Origin: an uncultured Planctomycetales bacterium
GTDB taxonomy: Bacteria > Omnitrophota > Gorgyraeia > Zapsychrales > JBDRMG01
Direction of reading: 5' to 3'
Length of the DNA: 64,000 nt
Assembly (NCBI GenBank): GCA_964478715.1
Contig: CAYZIY010000001.1
Coordinates: 9,088 to 73,087, forward strand
Under the pieces are notes generated by a model, which saw nothing but the letters and a program-made list of their open reading frames with translations, was not told where the DNA came from and did not search any database. Made by a program: the position numbers and the translations under genes. Below are positions 17,649 to 27,920 of this stretch, piece by piece. The stretch's first letter is position 1; each line of letters begins with the position of its first letter.

Positions 17649-18941
17649 ATGATTGATCGCTACACATTATCCCGCATGGGAAGCATTTGGTCAGAAAAAC
17701 ATAAACTGGATATCATGCTCAAGATTGAGGTTCTGGCCTGCGAAGCCATATCAAAATTGGGCATGATACCCAAACAGGCTTTGGAAAAAATAAAGAAGAA
17801 AGCCAAATATGATATCGATCAGGTTAAGCGCATTGAAGAAAAAACCAAACACGATGTTGTGGCTTTAATTGTGAATATTGGCGAACACTTGGGTCCCGAA
17901 GCGCGTTATTTGCATATGGGATTAACGAGTTCGGATCTTTTGGACACTTCGCTTTCGGTTCAGTGCGTTGAAGCTTGCGATATTTTGATTTCAGATTTGA
18001 AAAAACTTCTGGCTGTTTTAAAATCGAAAGCCAAGAAATATAGAGACACCGTTTGCGTGGCCCGGACGCACGGCGTGCATGCCGAACCGACTACATTCGG
18101 CTTGAAGGTTCTGGTTTGGTATGATGAGTGCCGCCGGAATCTCGAACGTCTGGAGCAGGCCAGAGAAATCATGCGTATTGGAAAATTATCTGGAGCGGTA
18201 GGTACATATGCCAATGTCGATCCCAGCGTGGAAGAATATGTCTGCAAGAAACTTGACTTGAAATCGGCCAATGTGGCCACTCAAATTATCCAGAGAGATC
18301 ATCATTGCCAATTTATCAATACCTTGGCGATTATCGGTTGTACATTGAACAAAATCGCCACTGAAATTAGATTGTTGCAGAAAACCGAAGTCTTGGAAGT
18401 CGAAGAACCATTCTTCAAAGGGCAGATCGGTTCATCCGCTATGCCGCACAAAAGGAACCCGGTTACTTGCGAGAGAATTACTGGTCTTTCCCGATTGCTG
18501 CGCTCCAATGCCCAGGCTGCTTTTGAGAATATTAACTTATGGCATGAGCGAGATATCAGTCATTCGTCGGTAGAGAGAGTGATTATTCCCGACAGTACAG
18601 TCATTCTCAATTATATGTTCCATAAATTGACTCCTGTTCTTGACGGTCTGCTTGTCTATCCGAAAAATATGATTGCCTCTTTGACCAAAACCCGTGGTCT
18701 GATTCATTCTCAGCGAGTTCTCTTGGAATTGATGAAAAAGGGACTGACCCGCGATGAAGCTTATGGAATTATTCAACGTTGCGCGATGCAGGTCTGGCAG
18801 GAAACTTCGCATTTTAAGGATGTTTTGGTGCGTGATCGCAAAATCCGCAAACATCTTAGCGGTACCGAAATCGACAAGTGTTTTGACATCAAGTATTATA
18901 TCCGTCACAAAGACAAAATTTATAAGAAAGTAGGGTTCTGA
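17649..18941 (+). CDS. purB: adenylosuccinate lyase
   Basis: MIDRYTLSRMGSIWSEKHKLDIMLKIEVLA N-terminus, the GSSAMPHKRNP signature and about 430 aa. Confidence 0.9.
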   Translation: MIDRYTLSRMGSIWSEKHKLDIMLKIEVLACEAISKLGMIPKQALEKIKKKAKYDIDQVKRIEEKTKHDVVALIVNIGEHLGPEARYLHMGLTSSDLLDTSLSVQCVEACDILISDLKKLLAVLKSKAKKYRDTVCVARTHGVHAEPTTFGLKVLVWYDECRRNLERLEQAREIMRIGKLSGAVGTYANVDPSVEEYVCKKLDLKSANVATQIIQRDHHCQFINTLAIIGCTLNKIATEIRLLQKTEVLEVEEPFFKGQIGSSAMPHKRNPVTCERITGLSRLLRSNAQAAFENINLWHERDISHSSVERVIIPDSTVILNYMFHKLTPVLDGLLVYPKNMIASLTKTRGLIHSQRVLLELMKKGLTRDEAYGIIQRCAMQVWQETSHFKDVLVRDRKIRKHLSGTEIDKCFDIKYYIRHKDKIYKKVGF

Positions 18942-19645
18942 TGGAAAAGAAAGAAAAAATATACGAAGGCAAGGCCAAGATCCTTTATCAAACTGACGAT
19001 GAAAATTATCTCATTCAGTATTTCAAAGATGATGCCACGGCTTTTAATGCCGCCAAGAAGGGTACGATTAAAGAAAAGGGGATTATCAATAACCAGATTT
19101 CATCCAAGATTTTTCAGTATTTGGAATCGGAGGGGATTCCCACCCATTTCGTTAAGAAGCTTAGTGACCGCGAGATGCTCATCAAGAATGTCAAAATCGT
19201 TCCGCTGGAAGTGATTATCCGCAATGTCGCGGCTGGGTCCTTATGCCGCCTACTGAATCTGGAAGAAGGAAGAGCTCTGGCCTGTCCGACTTTCGAGCTT
19301 TGCTACAAGGAAGATTCTCTTAATGATCCTCTGATCAACGAGTATCATGTTCGGGCTCTCGGGCTGGCGGAAGATAAGGAACTGAAGATCATGAAGGATT
19401 ACAGCTTTAAGATTAATGAACTGATGAAAAAGTTTTTTTCGGCAGTCAATGTCGATCTCGTTGATTTTAAACTGGAGTTTGGCCGTTATCAAGGTGAGAT
19501 TATTCTGGCTGACGAAATTTCTCCCGATACCTGCCGCTTGTGGGAGAAAGGGACGGGACGCAAGCTGGATAAGGATCGCTTCCGCAAAGATCTCGGAAAT
19601 ATCGAGGAGGCCTACCAGGAAATTTTAAGCCGAGTCAGTCCGTAG
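18941..19645 (+). CDS. purC: phosphoribosylaminoimidazole-succinocarboxamide (SAICAR) synthase
   Basis: IYEGKAKILY N-terminus, LIPLEVIIRN and RLWEKGT motifs. Confidence 0.9.
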   Translation: MEKKEKIYEGKAKILYQTDDENYLIQYFKDDATAFNAAKKGTIKEKGIINNQISSKIFQYLESEGIPTHFVKKLSDREMLIKNVKIVPLEVIIRNVAAGSLCRLLNLEEGRALACPTFELCYKEDSLNDPLINEYHVRALGLAEDKELKIMKDYSFKINELMKKFFSAVNVDLVDFKLEFGRYQGEIILADEISPDTCRLWEKGTGRKLDKDRFRKDLGNIEEAYQEILSRVSP

Positions 19646-19707
19646 AAATTCCTTCTTTGGCAGTACATCTTAAATAATTTCATTTCTTAACAGTCATAAA
19701 GGGTATC

Positions 19708-22611
19708 ATGATCTGGCGCGTTGAAATAAAAGAGCAAGCCGGTGTTGTCGACTCTGTCGGTGAGGGGCTCTTAAAAGATATTCAGGATTGTGGGATTCGC
19801 GGCATCAAGCGGGTGAACGTTTTTCCGGTCTATCTGGTTGACGGAGAACTGGACTATGGGCAGATCGAGAGGATTGCCCGCGATCTTTTTGTGGATCCTG
19901 TCATCGAAAACTATTTGATTGAGCCTGCCTCCGAAGTCCGATTCCAAGAAACAACAGAAGAGAAAATAATCGAGATTGCCTATAATCCGGGTGTTATGGA
20001 TCCGGTGGAAGCGTCCACTTTAAAAGGAATCCGTGATTTGGGAATCCAGGGGGTGCGCAGTATCCGTACCGCCAAAAAATATGTTTTAGCCGGACGGATT
20101 AATAAAAAAGAACTCAGGATTATCATCGGCAAAGTCCTCTCCAATAAACTAATTCAATATCAAATTGATCTTCAAAAAAAAGACCGTTACCAATTTTCTC
20201 TCGGGTGTTCACCAAGAGGATGGAAGCTTAAGCATGTTGATCTGCTTCAAGCCGGTGACCGTAAACTCAAAGAGATCAGCCGTCGGGGACAACTGTTTTT
20301 AAATCTCGATGAAATGAAGGCTATCCAGAAATATTTCAAAAAGATTAAACGCGACCCCACCGATTGCGAGCTTGAGACGATTGCGCAGACCTGGAGCGAA
20401 CACTGCCATCACAAAACGTTCCGCGGAAACATTCAGTATACGGTTAAGGAGAACGGCCGGATCAAAAAAAAGATGATCCGCAATTTGCTGAAGTCAACGA
20501 TTATGAAAGCGACCCAGAAGATCAATAAATCCTGGTGTGTTTCTGTTTTTCACGACAATGCCGGGGTAATCGAATTTGATCGAAAGAATCATGTTTGTTT
20601 CAAGGTGGAGACCCATAATCATCCATCGGCTTTGGAGCCTTTTGGCGGTGCCAATACGGGAATCGGAGGGGTGATCCGCGATATTCTGGGAACCGGTTTA
20701 GGCGGCCGGCCGATTTGCAATACCGATGTATTCTGCTTTGCGCCGCCGGAATATCCTTACCGGAAGCTTCCTCAGGGGACGCTTCATCCCAAAAGAGTGA
20801 TGAAAGGGGTTGTGAGCGGGGTGAGAGATTACGGCAACAAAATGGGTATTCCTACCGTTAACGGGGCGATTCTTTTTGATGAACGGTTTGTCGGCAATCC
20901 TTTGGTTTATTGCGGCACCGTGGGTTTAATTCCTAAAAATCGTGTTCATAAAAAAGCGTGCAAAGGCGATTTGATTGTGGTCTTAGGTGGGCGCACCGGC
21001 CGTGACGGGATTCATGGAGCTACTTTCTCTTCCGGAGAGTTAACGCATGAGTCTGAGACGGTGTCTTCCGGAGCCGTTCAGATCGGTGATCCCATTCAGG
21101 AAAAGAAAACGCTGGATGCTCTGATGCAGGCACGCGACAGGGGGCTTTACACCGCTGTAACCGATTGCGGAGCGGGAGGACTTTCTTCAGCTGTCGGAGA
21201 GATGGCGCAGAAATTGGGCGCCCAGGTGGATCTGGAAAAGGCCCCTCTGAAATACGAGGGTTTAAGTTATGATGAAATATGGATTTCCGAATCGCAGGAA
21301 CGTATGGTGTTGGCGGTTCATCCTTCCAAGCTGAAAGCTCTCTTGAAGATTTGCAAAAAAGAAAATGTAGAAGCGGCCGTTATCGGCACATTCACAGGAT
21401 CCAAACGTCTGGAACTTTATTTTCATGGTGTTTGTGTAACTAATTTAGATATGGGCTTTCTCCATGACGGTATTCCCAAAACAATCAAAAAGGCTCAATG
21501 GAAACCTCGGCGGATGCATGAACCAAAATTATCATGCCCCAGAGATTTGACGGATGCTTTGCATAGATCTTTACATCATCTCAATATTTGTTCCAAGGAA
21601 TGGGTGATTCGTCAATATGATCATGAAGTCCAGGGGGCGAGTGTCATTAAGCCTTTATGCGGTATTAAGGCTGATGGGCCGTCGGATGCCAGCGTGCTTC
21701 AACCGGATCGAAAATCATCCAAGGGACTAGCGGTCGCCAACGGAATCAATATTTCTTATGGCAAGATCGATCCTTTTTGGATGGCGGTTTCCTGTATTGA
21801 CGAGGCGATTCGTCAAATTGTGGCTTCGGGAGGATCTCTGGATCGTATCGCCATTTTAGATAATTTTTGCTGGGGTAATCCGGATAAGCCGGATCGCCTG
21901 GGGGCCTTGGTTCGTGCCTCTTACGGGTGCCTGGAAGCATCTCTGAAATACAAAACACCCTTTATCTCCGGGAAAGACAGTTTGAATAATGAATACACGT
22001 ATCAGAGAAAGTCCATATCGATTCCCGGGACCTTGTTGATTTCGGCCATTGGCGTGGTTGATGATGTTGATAAATGCCTAACGGTGGATTTGAAATCCCC
22101 GGGTAATTTGATCTATTTGATGGGACAGACAAAAAACGAATTGGGCGGTTCGATTTATTATGATCTTCATAAACTTTTAGGCAAGAATGTGCCGAAGGTC
22201 GATTTCAGCCAGGGGATAAAGATATTTCGCCTTATCGAGAAAGCCGTAGCCCGTGGATGGCTGGCTGCCGCGCATGATTGTTCGGATGGCGGTCTGGCTG
22301 TGGCATTGGCCGAGATGGCCTTTAGCGGGGATTTAGGTGTAACCGTTTTCTTAAAAGAAGTTCCCTTCCAGGGAAGATCAGCGCGCAATGACACGCTTCT
22401 TTTCTCCGAATCAAATTCGCGCTTTGTGGTCGAAGTCAAAAGAGAACATCAAAAAGAATTTGAGAAATTGTGCAAGAATTTGCCGTGCGGCCTCATCGGC
22501 TGTGTGGATGAAAGAAATCTGTTTACTGTTTATGGATTGGATGGTAAGGTTTGTATTCAAGAGAAAATAGAAGCTTTCAAAACAAGTTGGAAAAGAAGAT
22601 TGGAGTGGTAG
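19708..22611 (+). CDS. purL: FGAM synthase: tandem PurS-like domains fused to PurL (FGAM synthase II)
   Basis: N-terminal 200 aa contain two PurS-like repeats (WRVEIKEQAGVVDSVGEGL...; IIEIAYNPGVMDPVEASTLKG...). The remainder is PurL (ETIAQTWSEHCHHKTF, two AIR-synthase-like domains). 967 aa total. Confidence 0.85.
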   Translation: MIWRVEIKEQAGVVDSVGEGLLKDIQDCGIRGIKRVNVFPVYLVDGELDYGQIERIARDLFVDPVIENYLIEPASEVRFQETTEEKIIEIAYNPGVMDPVEASTLKGIRDLGIQGVRSIRTAKKYVLAGRINKKELRIIIGKVLSNKLIQYQIDLQKKDRYQFSLGCSPRGWKLKHVDLLQAGDRKLKEISRRGQLFLNLDEMKAIQKYFKKIKRDPTDCELETIAQTWSEHCHHKTFRGNIQYTVKENGRIKKKMIRNLLKSTIMKATQKINKSWCVSVFHDNAGVIEFDRKNHVCFKVETHNHPSALEPFGGANTGIGGVIRDILGTGLGGRPICNTDVFCFAPPEYPYRKLPQGTLHPKRVMKGVVSGVRDYGNKMGIPTVNGAILFDERFVGNPLVYCGTVGLIPKNRVHKKACKGDLIVVLGGRTGRDGIHGATFSSGELTHESETVSSGAVQIGDPIQEKKTLDALMQARDRGLYTAVTDCGAGGLSSAVGEMAQKLGAQVDLEKAPLKYEGLSYDEIWISESQERMVLAVHPSKLKALLKICKKENVEAAVIGTFTGSKRLELYFHGVCVTNLDMGFLHDGIPKTIKKAQWKPRRMHEPKLSCPRDLTDALHRSLHHLNICSKEWVIRQYDHEVQGASVIKPLCGIKADGPSDASVLQPDRKSSKGLAVANGINISYGKIDPFWMAVSCIDEAIRQIVASGGSLDRIAILDNFCWGNPDKPDRLGALVRASYGCLEASLKYKTPFISGKDSLNNEYTYQRKSISIPGTLLISAIGVVDDVDKCLTVDLKSPGNLIYLMGQTKNELGGSIYYDLHKLLGKNVPKVDFSQGIKIFRLIEKAVARGWLAAAHDCSDGGLAVALAEMAFSGDLGVTVFLKEVPFQGRSARNDTLLFSESNSRFVVEVKREHQKEFEKLCKNLPCGLIGCVDERNLFTVYGLDGKVCIQEKIEAFKTSWKRRLEW

Positions 22612-22614
22612 TCT

Positions 22615-23274
22615 ATGCGCAATCGTCGTCGTGGCAAAGATGATTTAAGAATGGAGGATCCCTGGAGGGTTTTTCGTATTATGGCGGAGTTTGTCGACGG
22701 GTTTGATACGCTTTCAAGAATTGGTCCGGCGGTAACGATGTTCGGTAGCGCCCGTTTAAAACCCAGCCACAAGGCCTATCGTCAGGCAGAAAAAACCGCT
22801 TACCTGTTAGCCAAAGAGAAATACGCGGTGATCACAGGCGGCGGTCCGGGCATTATGGAGGCCGCCAACAAAGGAGCGTATAAAGCTAAAGGAGCATCAG
22901 TCGGTTTAAATATCGATTTGCCTTATGAGCAGGTGCCCAATGCTTACTTAAGCACGGTGATGGGATTTCACTATTTCTTTTGCCGGAAAGTGATGTTTGT
23001 CAAATACGCCAGGGCCTTTGTTATTTTTCCCGGCGGTTTCGGTACTTTGGATGAATTCTTTGAAAGCATTACTCTCATTCAGACCAAGCGCATGGGGCGA
23101 TTTCCCGTTATTCTTTTTGGACAAGATTACTGGCAGGGGCTTGTCGTGTGGCTCAAAGAGACAGTGTTAAGAGAAAAATGTATTGACGCGGATGATTTCG
23201 ATATTTTCAGAATTGTTAACCGGCCCGAAGATGTCGTCAAAGAAATAAAAAGATTTTACCGCAAGAAACGTTAA
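22615..23274 (+). CDS. LOG-family (TIGR00730) nucleotide 5'-monophosphate phosphoribohydrolase
   Basis: GGGPGIMEAANKGA and PGGFGTLDEFFE motifs of the Lonely-Guy family. Sits between purL and purQ, 3 nt from each. Confidence 0.8.
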   Translation: MRNRRRGKDDLRMEDPWRVFRIMAEFVDGFDTLSRIGPAVTMFGSARLKPSHKAYRQAEKTAYLLAKEKYAVITGGGPGIMEAANKGAYKAKGASVGLNIDLPYEQVPNAYLSTVMGFHYFFCRKVMFVKYARAFVIFPGGFGTLDEFFESITLIQTKRMGRFPVILFGQDYWQGLVVWLKETVLREKCIDADDFDIFRIVNRPEDVVKEIKRFYRKKR

Positions 23275-23277
23275 CCC

Positions 23278-24087
23278 ATGATCCGGAAAGTTTCCGTTGT
23301 CGTTTTAAGAACCGCAGGAACGAATTGTGATGCCGAGACGGTCTTTGCCTTTCAGTCGGTCGGTGCCCAGGTTGATTTGATTCATATGAATCAGATTCTC
23401 AGCCGTGAGAAGACCCTTGATGATTATCAGATCCTGGCTTTGCCCGGTGGATTCACTTATGGCGATGACATTGCGGCAGGACGCATTTTAGCTAATGAAC
23501 TGCGGCTGAAATTAAGCGACAAGCTGAGACAATTTCTTTCAGCAGGCAAATTGATTATCGGAATCTGCAACGGTTTTCAGGTGATGGTTAAGGCCGGACT
23601 GTTGCCAAATACGAATGCCGGTTGCAAGCAGGGAACATTTCACCAAACGGTGACCTTAATGCGCAATGATTCGGCGAAATTCGAGGATCGCTGGGTTCAT
23701 TTGAAATGTTCCGGCCGCTGTCAGTGGACCAAAAATATTGATCGGGTGGTCCGCTTTCCCGTGGCTCATGGAGAGGGGAAGTTTGTCGTCAGAGATAAGA
23801 GCATGTTAAGAAAGCTCAAGGAAAATAATCAGATTGTGTTTCGTTACTGCTCGCCTGATGGTTTGCCGGCCGCTTATCCGGATAATCCCAATGGCTCAGA
23901 CGGCGATATTGCCGGCATTACGGATCCGACCGGCCGATGCTTAGGCTTGATGCCCCATCCTGAACGTCATTTTCTTTTTTCCCAGCATCCCTCCTGGAGC
24001 AGGAGAAAGAAAACTTCGCGTTTTGGCGATGGAGCCCTTATCTTTCAAAATGGCGTTGATTATGTGAAAGAGGCGCTTCTCTCATGA
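23278..24087 (+). CDS. purQ: FGAM synthase glutaminase subunit PurQ
   Basis: Class-I glutamine amidotransferase motifs: GICNGFQ (nucleophile Cys) and the HPE triad region. Confidence 0.85.
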   Translation: MIRKVSVVVLRTAGTNCDAETVFAFQSVGAQVDLIHMNQILSREKTLDDYQILALPGGFTYGDDIAAGRILANELRLKLSDKLRQFLSAGKLIIGICNGFQVMVKAGLLPNTNAGCKQGTFHQTVTLMRNDSAKFEDRWVHLKCSGRCQWTKNIDRVVRFPVAHGEGKFVVRDKSMLRKLKENNQIVFRYCSPDGLPAAYPDNPNGSDGDIAGITDPTGRCLGLMPHPERHFLFSQHPSWSRRKKTSRFGDGALIFQNGVDYVKEALLS

Positions 24088-25085
24088 AAAAGAAAGCGAC
24101 TTATAAGGAAAGCGGTGTTGATATTAAGAAAGCGGATCGGTTCGTGCGATCGATTGCCCGTATGAACCGTTCCTTGCAAAAGAAATCGGGCAAAAAACTT
24201 CAGGCTCCGTTCGGCTCTTTATATCCCCTGGAGCTTAAAAAATATCGTCAACCGGTTTTGGTTTCCTCATCAGACGGTGTGGGGACAAAATTGATGGTGG
24301 CCCATTTGGTCGGGAGGCACGATAGCGTTGGGATCGATTGCGTGGCCATGAATGTCAATGATATTCTTTGCTGCGGCGCGCGGCCTCTTTTTTTTCTCGA
24401 TTATATTGCCTGTGGTCGTTTAAGACCAAAAATTCTTAATCAGGTAATGCGCAGCGTTATTGAGGGCTGCCGGCAGGCTGGTTGTCTTTTGCTCGGTGGA
24501 GAAACCGCCGAGATGCCGGGGATATATCACAAGGATGATTATGATCTGGCTGGTTTTGCTTGCGGCATTGTTGAGCGTGGCAAAATCGTCGATGGATCGC
24601 GGATTAAAAAAGGTGATCTTGTTTTGGGATTAGCTTCCAGCGGTCCGCACTCCAACGGTTTTTCTCTTTTGCGAAAAGTCTTGAGTAAGAAACAAAAAAA
24701 GCAATACGCCTCGGCTATTTTGGAGCCGACGCGAATTTATGTCAAACCGGTGGTCAATTTGTTTCAGAAATATTCGCTTAAGGGTATGGCGCATATTACC
24801 GGAGGCGCTTTTTATGAAAAGTTGGGAAAGATTATTCCTCGGGGACTTTGTGCGCGAATCGATATTTCATCCTGGGAGATTCCCGAAATTTTCCAGGTCA
24901 TTCAAAAACAGGGAAATATTACCAAAAGAGAAATGTTTAGCACCTTCAATATGGGTATCGGATTTGTCTGCGTGGTGGCTTCATCGGATGCCAAAAAGAT
25001 TCAGAGATCTTTGAGCCGGCAGAAAGTGGCATCCTGGGTGATCGGGGAAATTATTATCAATAAAATCAAACGGATTGTTTTATGA
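24084..25085 (+). CDS. purM: phosphoribosylformylglycinamidine cyclo-ligase (AIR synthase)
   Basis: YKESGVDI N-terminus and DGVGTK/GGETAEMPG motifs. Confidence 0.9.
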   Translation: MKKKATYKESGVDIKKADRFVRSIARMNRSLQKKSGKKLQAPFGSLYPLELKKYRQPVLVSSSDGVGTKLMVAHLVGRHDSVGIDCVAMNVNDILCCGARPLFFLDYIACGRLRPKILNQVMRSVIEGCRQAGCLLLGGETAEMPGIYHKDDYDLAGFACGIVERGKIVDGSRIKKGDLVLGLASSGPHSNGFSLLRKVLSKKQKKQYASAILEPTRIYVKPVVNLFQKYSLKGMAHITGGAFYEKLGKIIPRGLCARIDISSWEIPEIFQVIQKQGNITKREMFSTFNMGIGFVCVVASSDAKKIQRSLSRQKVASWVIGEIIINKIKRIVL

Positions 25086-26389
25086 ATGTTTTCATTGTCG
25101 GCTCCGGTGGTCGCGAACATGTTTTGGCTTGGAAAATCAAGCCATCTTCTCTCGTTGACCGGATTTTCTGCGTGCCGGGAAACGGCGGCATGGCCCAGAT
25201 ATCGACGTGTGAAGATATTAAAGCCGATGATATTAAGGGATTATTAGACTTTGCCAAGAAAAATAAGGTGGATTTGACCGTAGTGGGTCCTGAGGTGAGC
25301 TTGGCTGCAGGTATAGTGGATATTTTTGAGAAAGAGGGATTAAAGATTTTTGGGCCGAGTCAGAAAGCCGCTCGTCTAGAATCCAGCAAGATATTTGCCA
25401 AAGAATTTATGAAAAAATATGCGATTCCCACAGCGTGCTTTGAGCGGTTCGATGATCCGCAGGATGCCTATCAATATCTTGATCAGGCTCAATTTCCCGT
25501 TGTGATCAAGGCGGACGGTTTGGCTGCAGGTAAGGGTGTGATTATTGCCGATGACAAAAAGCAGGCCCGGGCGGGGGTTGAAGACATGATGGAGAAAAAG
25601 ATTTTTCAAGAGGCGGGCCGTTCCATCATCATCGAAGAATGCTTGAAGGGCCAGGAGGCTTCGATTTTGGCTATCAGCGACGGGGATCATTTCGTTCTTT
25701 TGGATTCCTCTCAGGATCATAAGAGGATTTTTGACCAGGACCAAGGACCGAACACCGGTGGGATGGGAGCTTATTCTCCGGCTCCGATTGTAACCGATCG
25801 GCTTATCGGTGATATTGAAAAAACAATCATCGCGCCGGTGATTGAAGGAATGAAAAAAGAAGGTACTCCTTTTAAAGGAGTTTTATATGCGGGATTAATG
25901 ATCACTGATCAGGGGCCGAAGGTATTGGAATTCAATGTTCGCTTCGGGGATCCGGAGGCGCAGGCGGTGATTCCCCGGATTCAAAGCGATTTGGTGGAGA
26001 TTCTTCTGGCGGCATGCGAGGGTCGTTTAGATCAGATCAATATCCGCTGGGATCCTCGATTTTGTGTTTGCGTTGTTATGAGTTCTGCAGGCTACCCCGG
26101 TGCGTATGAGAAGAAGAAAGAGATAGCGGGATTGGAGCATTTTTTGAAAGCGGAGGATGTTGTTGTTTTTCATGCCGGAACAAAAAGACAGGAGGAAAAG
26201 ATTATTACATCCGGAGGACGCGTTCTCGGAGTGACCGCTCTGGGTGAAGATATCGAAAAGGCGATCGAACGGGTTTATCAGGCTGTGGAAAAAATTCATT
26301 TTGACGGGTGTTATTTCAGACGGGATATCGCGGCCAAGGCATTGGCGGGCATAGGTAACAGAAAGGAGTTGCGATGTTGGTTCAAGTAG
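25082..26389 (+). CDS. purD: phosphoribosylamine--glycine ligase
   Basis: MNVFIVGSGGREHVLAWKI and an ATP-grasp core (VIKADGLAAGKGV). Confidence 0.9.
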   Translation: MNVFIVGSGGREHVLAWKIKPSSLVDRIFCVPGNGGMAQISTCEDIKADDIKGLLDFAKKNKVDLTVVGPEVSLAAGIVDIFEKEGLKIFGPSQKAARLESSKIFAKEFMKKYAIPTACFERFDDPQDAYQYLDQAQFPVVIKADGLAAGKGVIIADDKKQARAGVEDMMEKKIFQEAGRSIIIEECLKGQEASILAISDGDHFVLLDSSQDHKRIFDQDQGPNTGGMGAYSPAPIVTDRLIGDIEKTIIAPVIEGMKKEGTPFKGVLYAGLMITDQGPKVLEFNVRFGDPEAQAVIPRIQSDLVEILLAACEGRLDQINIRWDPRFCVCVVMSSAGYPGAYEKKKEIAGLEHFLKAEDVVVFHAGTKRQEEKIITSGGRVLGVTALGEDIEKAIERVYQAVEKIHFDGCYFRRDIAAKALAGIGNRKELRCWFK

Positions 26390-26859
26390 CGATTTTAATG
26401 GGCAGCGAATCGGATCTGCCGACCATGAGCGAAGCGGGAAAAATTTTAAAGGAATTTGGCGTGGGTTTTGAAGTGCGCGTTCTTTCGGCTCATCGCACGC
26501 CGGATGAAACCGCGCAGTATGCGAAAGATTTAAAGAGTCGGGGCGTTAAGGTGGTTATTGCCGGTGCAGGCGGTTCGGCCGCTTTGGCCGGATTTCTTGC
26601 CTCGGTCAGCCCGCTTCCGGTCATCGGCGTGCCCATTGAAACCTCGGCCTTAAACGGATTAGATTCTTTGTTATCGACTGTGCAAATGCCTCCGGGTGTT
26701 CCGGTGGGGAGTGTGGCCATTGGTAAACCCGGAGCCAAAAACGCTGCTCTTTTAGCTTTACGCATTATGGCTTTAAGCGATGAGGGAATAACAAAGAAGC
26801 TGGAGCAATACAAGAAGGTCAGAGCGGAAAGAATTTTAAAGACAAAGGTTGAAATTTGA
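26374..26859 (+). CDS. purE: (N5-)carboxyaminoimidazole ribonucleotide mutase/carboxylase PurE
   Basis: VAILMGSESD and AGGSAALAG motifs. 161 aa. Confidence 0.85.
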   Translation: MLVQVAILMGSESDLPTMSEAGKILKEFGVGFEVRVLSAHRTPDETAQYAKDLKSRGVKVVIAGAGGSAALAGFLASVSPLPVIGVPIETSALNGLDSLLSTVQMPPGVPVGSVAIGKPGAKNAALLALRIMALSDEGITKKLEQYKKVRAERILKTKVEI

Positions 26860-27920
26860 AAACCAAAGTTCTTTTGATTCATCCGAATTTTCCGGAAAAT
26901 GACAAAATCGCCCAGTGCGCCAAAGTTTTGCAAAAGGGCGGGTTGGTTGTTTTTCCGACGGAGACTGTTTACGGCATCGCCGCCAATTATCGTCATCAAA
27001 AGGCCCTGAATCGACTCCGAAAGATTAAAGACAGGGAAGAAGACAAGCCGTTTTCTGTCTTGGTGTCAAAAAAAGAAGATGCCGATGAGTTGGCTGATAT
27101 CAAAAATTACCGCGCTTATAAGCTGATTGATCAGTATTGGCCCGGCCCCTTGACGATTGTGGCAGACTCTAAAGAAGAGGGGCAAACAATCGGATTGCGC
27201 ATGCCGCATAATATCATTGCGCTTTATTTGGCCCGTCAGGCCGAGTGTTCCCTGGTGGCTCCTTCGGCTAATCGCCGGGGGCAAAAACCGCCTTCGACCT
27301 GTCAGGAGGCTTTGGCTAATCTGGAGGGGGAAGTGGAGCTGGCGATCGACGGAGGTCCGGCCGACTTCGGGGAATCCTCGACGGTTGTGAGGATGACAAG
27401 GAGTGAGCCGGAGATTCTGCGGCCCGGTCCTGTGACTCTTGAGGCGATCAAAAAAACAGTGGACAAAAAGAATATCCTTTTTGTTTGTACCGGCAACAGT
27501 TGCCGGTCGGTGATGGCGGAATATCTTTTAAGAAAAAGACTGGCCGGTCGTAATGATGCTGAGGTGGCTTCGGCCGGCACGAGTGTTTTTGTCAGCATCA
27601 ATGCGTCCCGGGAAACCGTCGCGCTTTTAAAGGAAATCGGTATGAATGCCAAAGAACATCATTCCAAACCGATTCAGCCGATTCAGCTTAAGAAAAGCGA
27701 TTTGATTTTTGTTATGACCCGTTCGCAGAGGCAGCATATTATTTCTCAGGTGCCGGCGGTGGCTCATCGGGTTTTTTTGCTTAAGGAATTCGACAATGAA
27801 TCCGTTGTCAGCGAAGAAGATCTGGATATTCCGGACCCGGTTGGTCAGTCGATGGATGTTTACAGGGAATGTTTTGGAGTGATTAATGAATCAATGGAAA
27901 GGATTATGAAGCTGATATGA
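26856..27920 (+). CDS. tsaC: L-threonylcarbamoyladenylate synthase TsaC/YrdC domain fused to low-molecular-weight protein phosphatase (LMW-PTP/YwlE-like)
   Basis: N-terminal YrdC fold (VVFPTETVYGIAAN...). C-terminal ILFVCTGNSCRSVMAEYL (CX5R P-loop) and DPVG motif of LMW-PTP. Confidence 0.8.
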   Translation: MKTKVLLIHPNFPENDKIAQCAKVLQKGGLVVFPTETVYGIAANYRHQKALNRLRKIKDREEDKPFSVLVSKKEDADELADIKNYRAYKLIDQYWPGPLTIVADSKEEGQTIGLRMPHNIIALYLARQAECSLVAPSANRRGQKPPSTCQEALANLEGEVELAIDGGPADFGESSTVVRMTRSEPEILRPGPVTLEAIKKTVDKKNILFVCTGNSCRSVMAEYLLRKRLAGRNDAEVASAGTSVFVSINASRETVALLKEIGMNAKEHHSKPIQPIQLKKSDLIFVMTRSQRQHIISQVPAVAHRVFLLKEFDNESVVSEEDLDIPDPVGQSMDVYRECFGVINESMERIMKLI

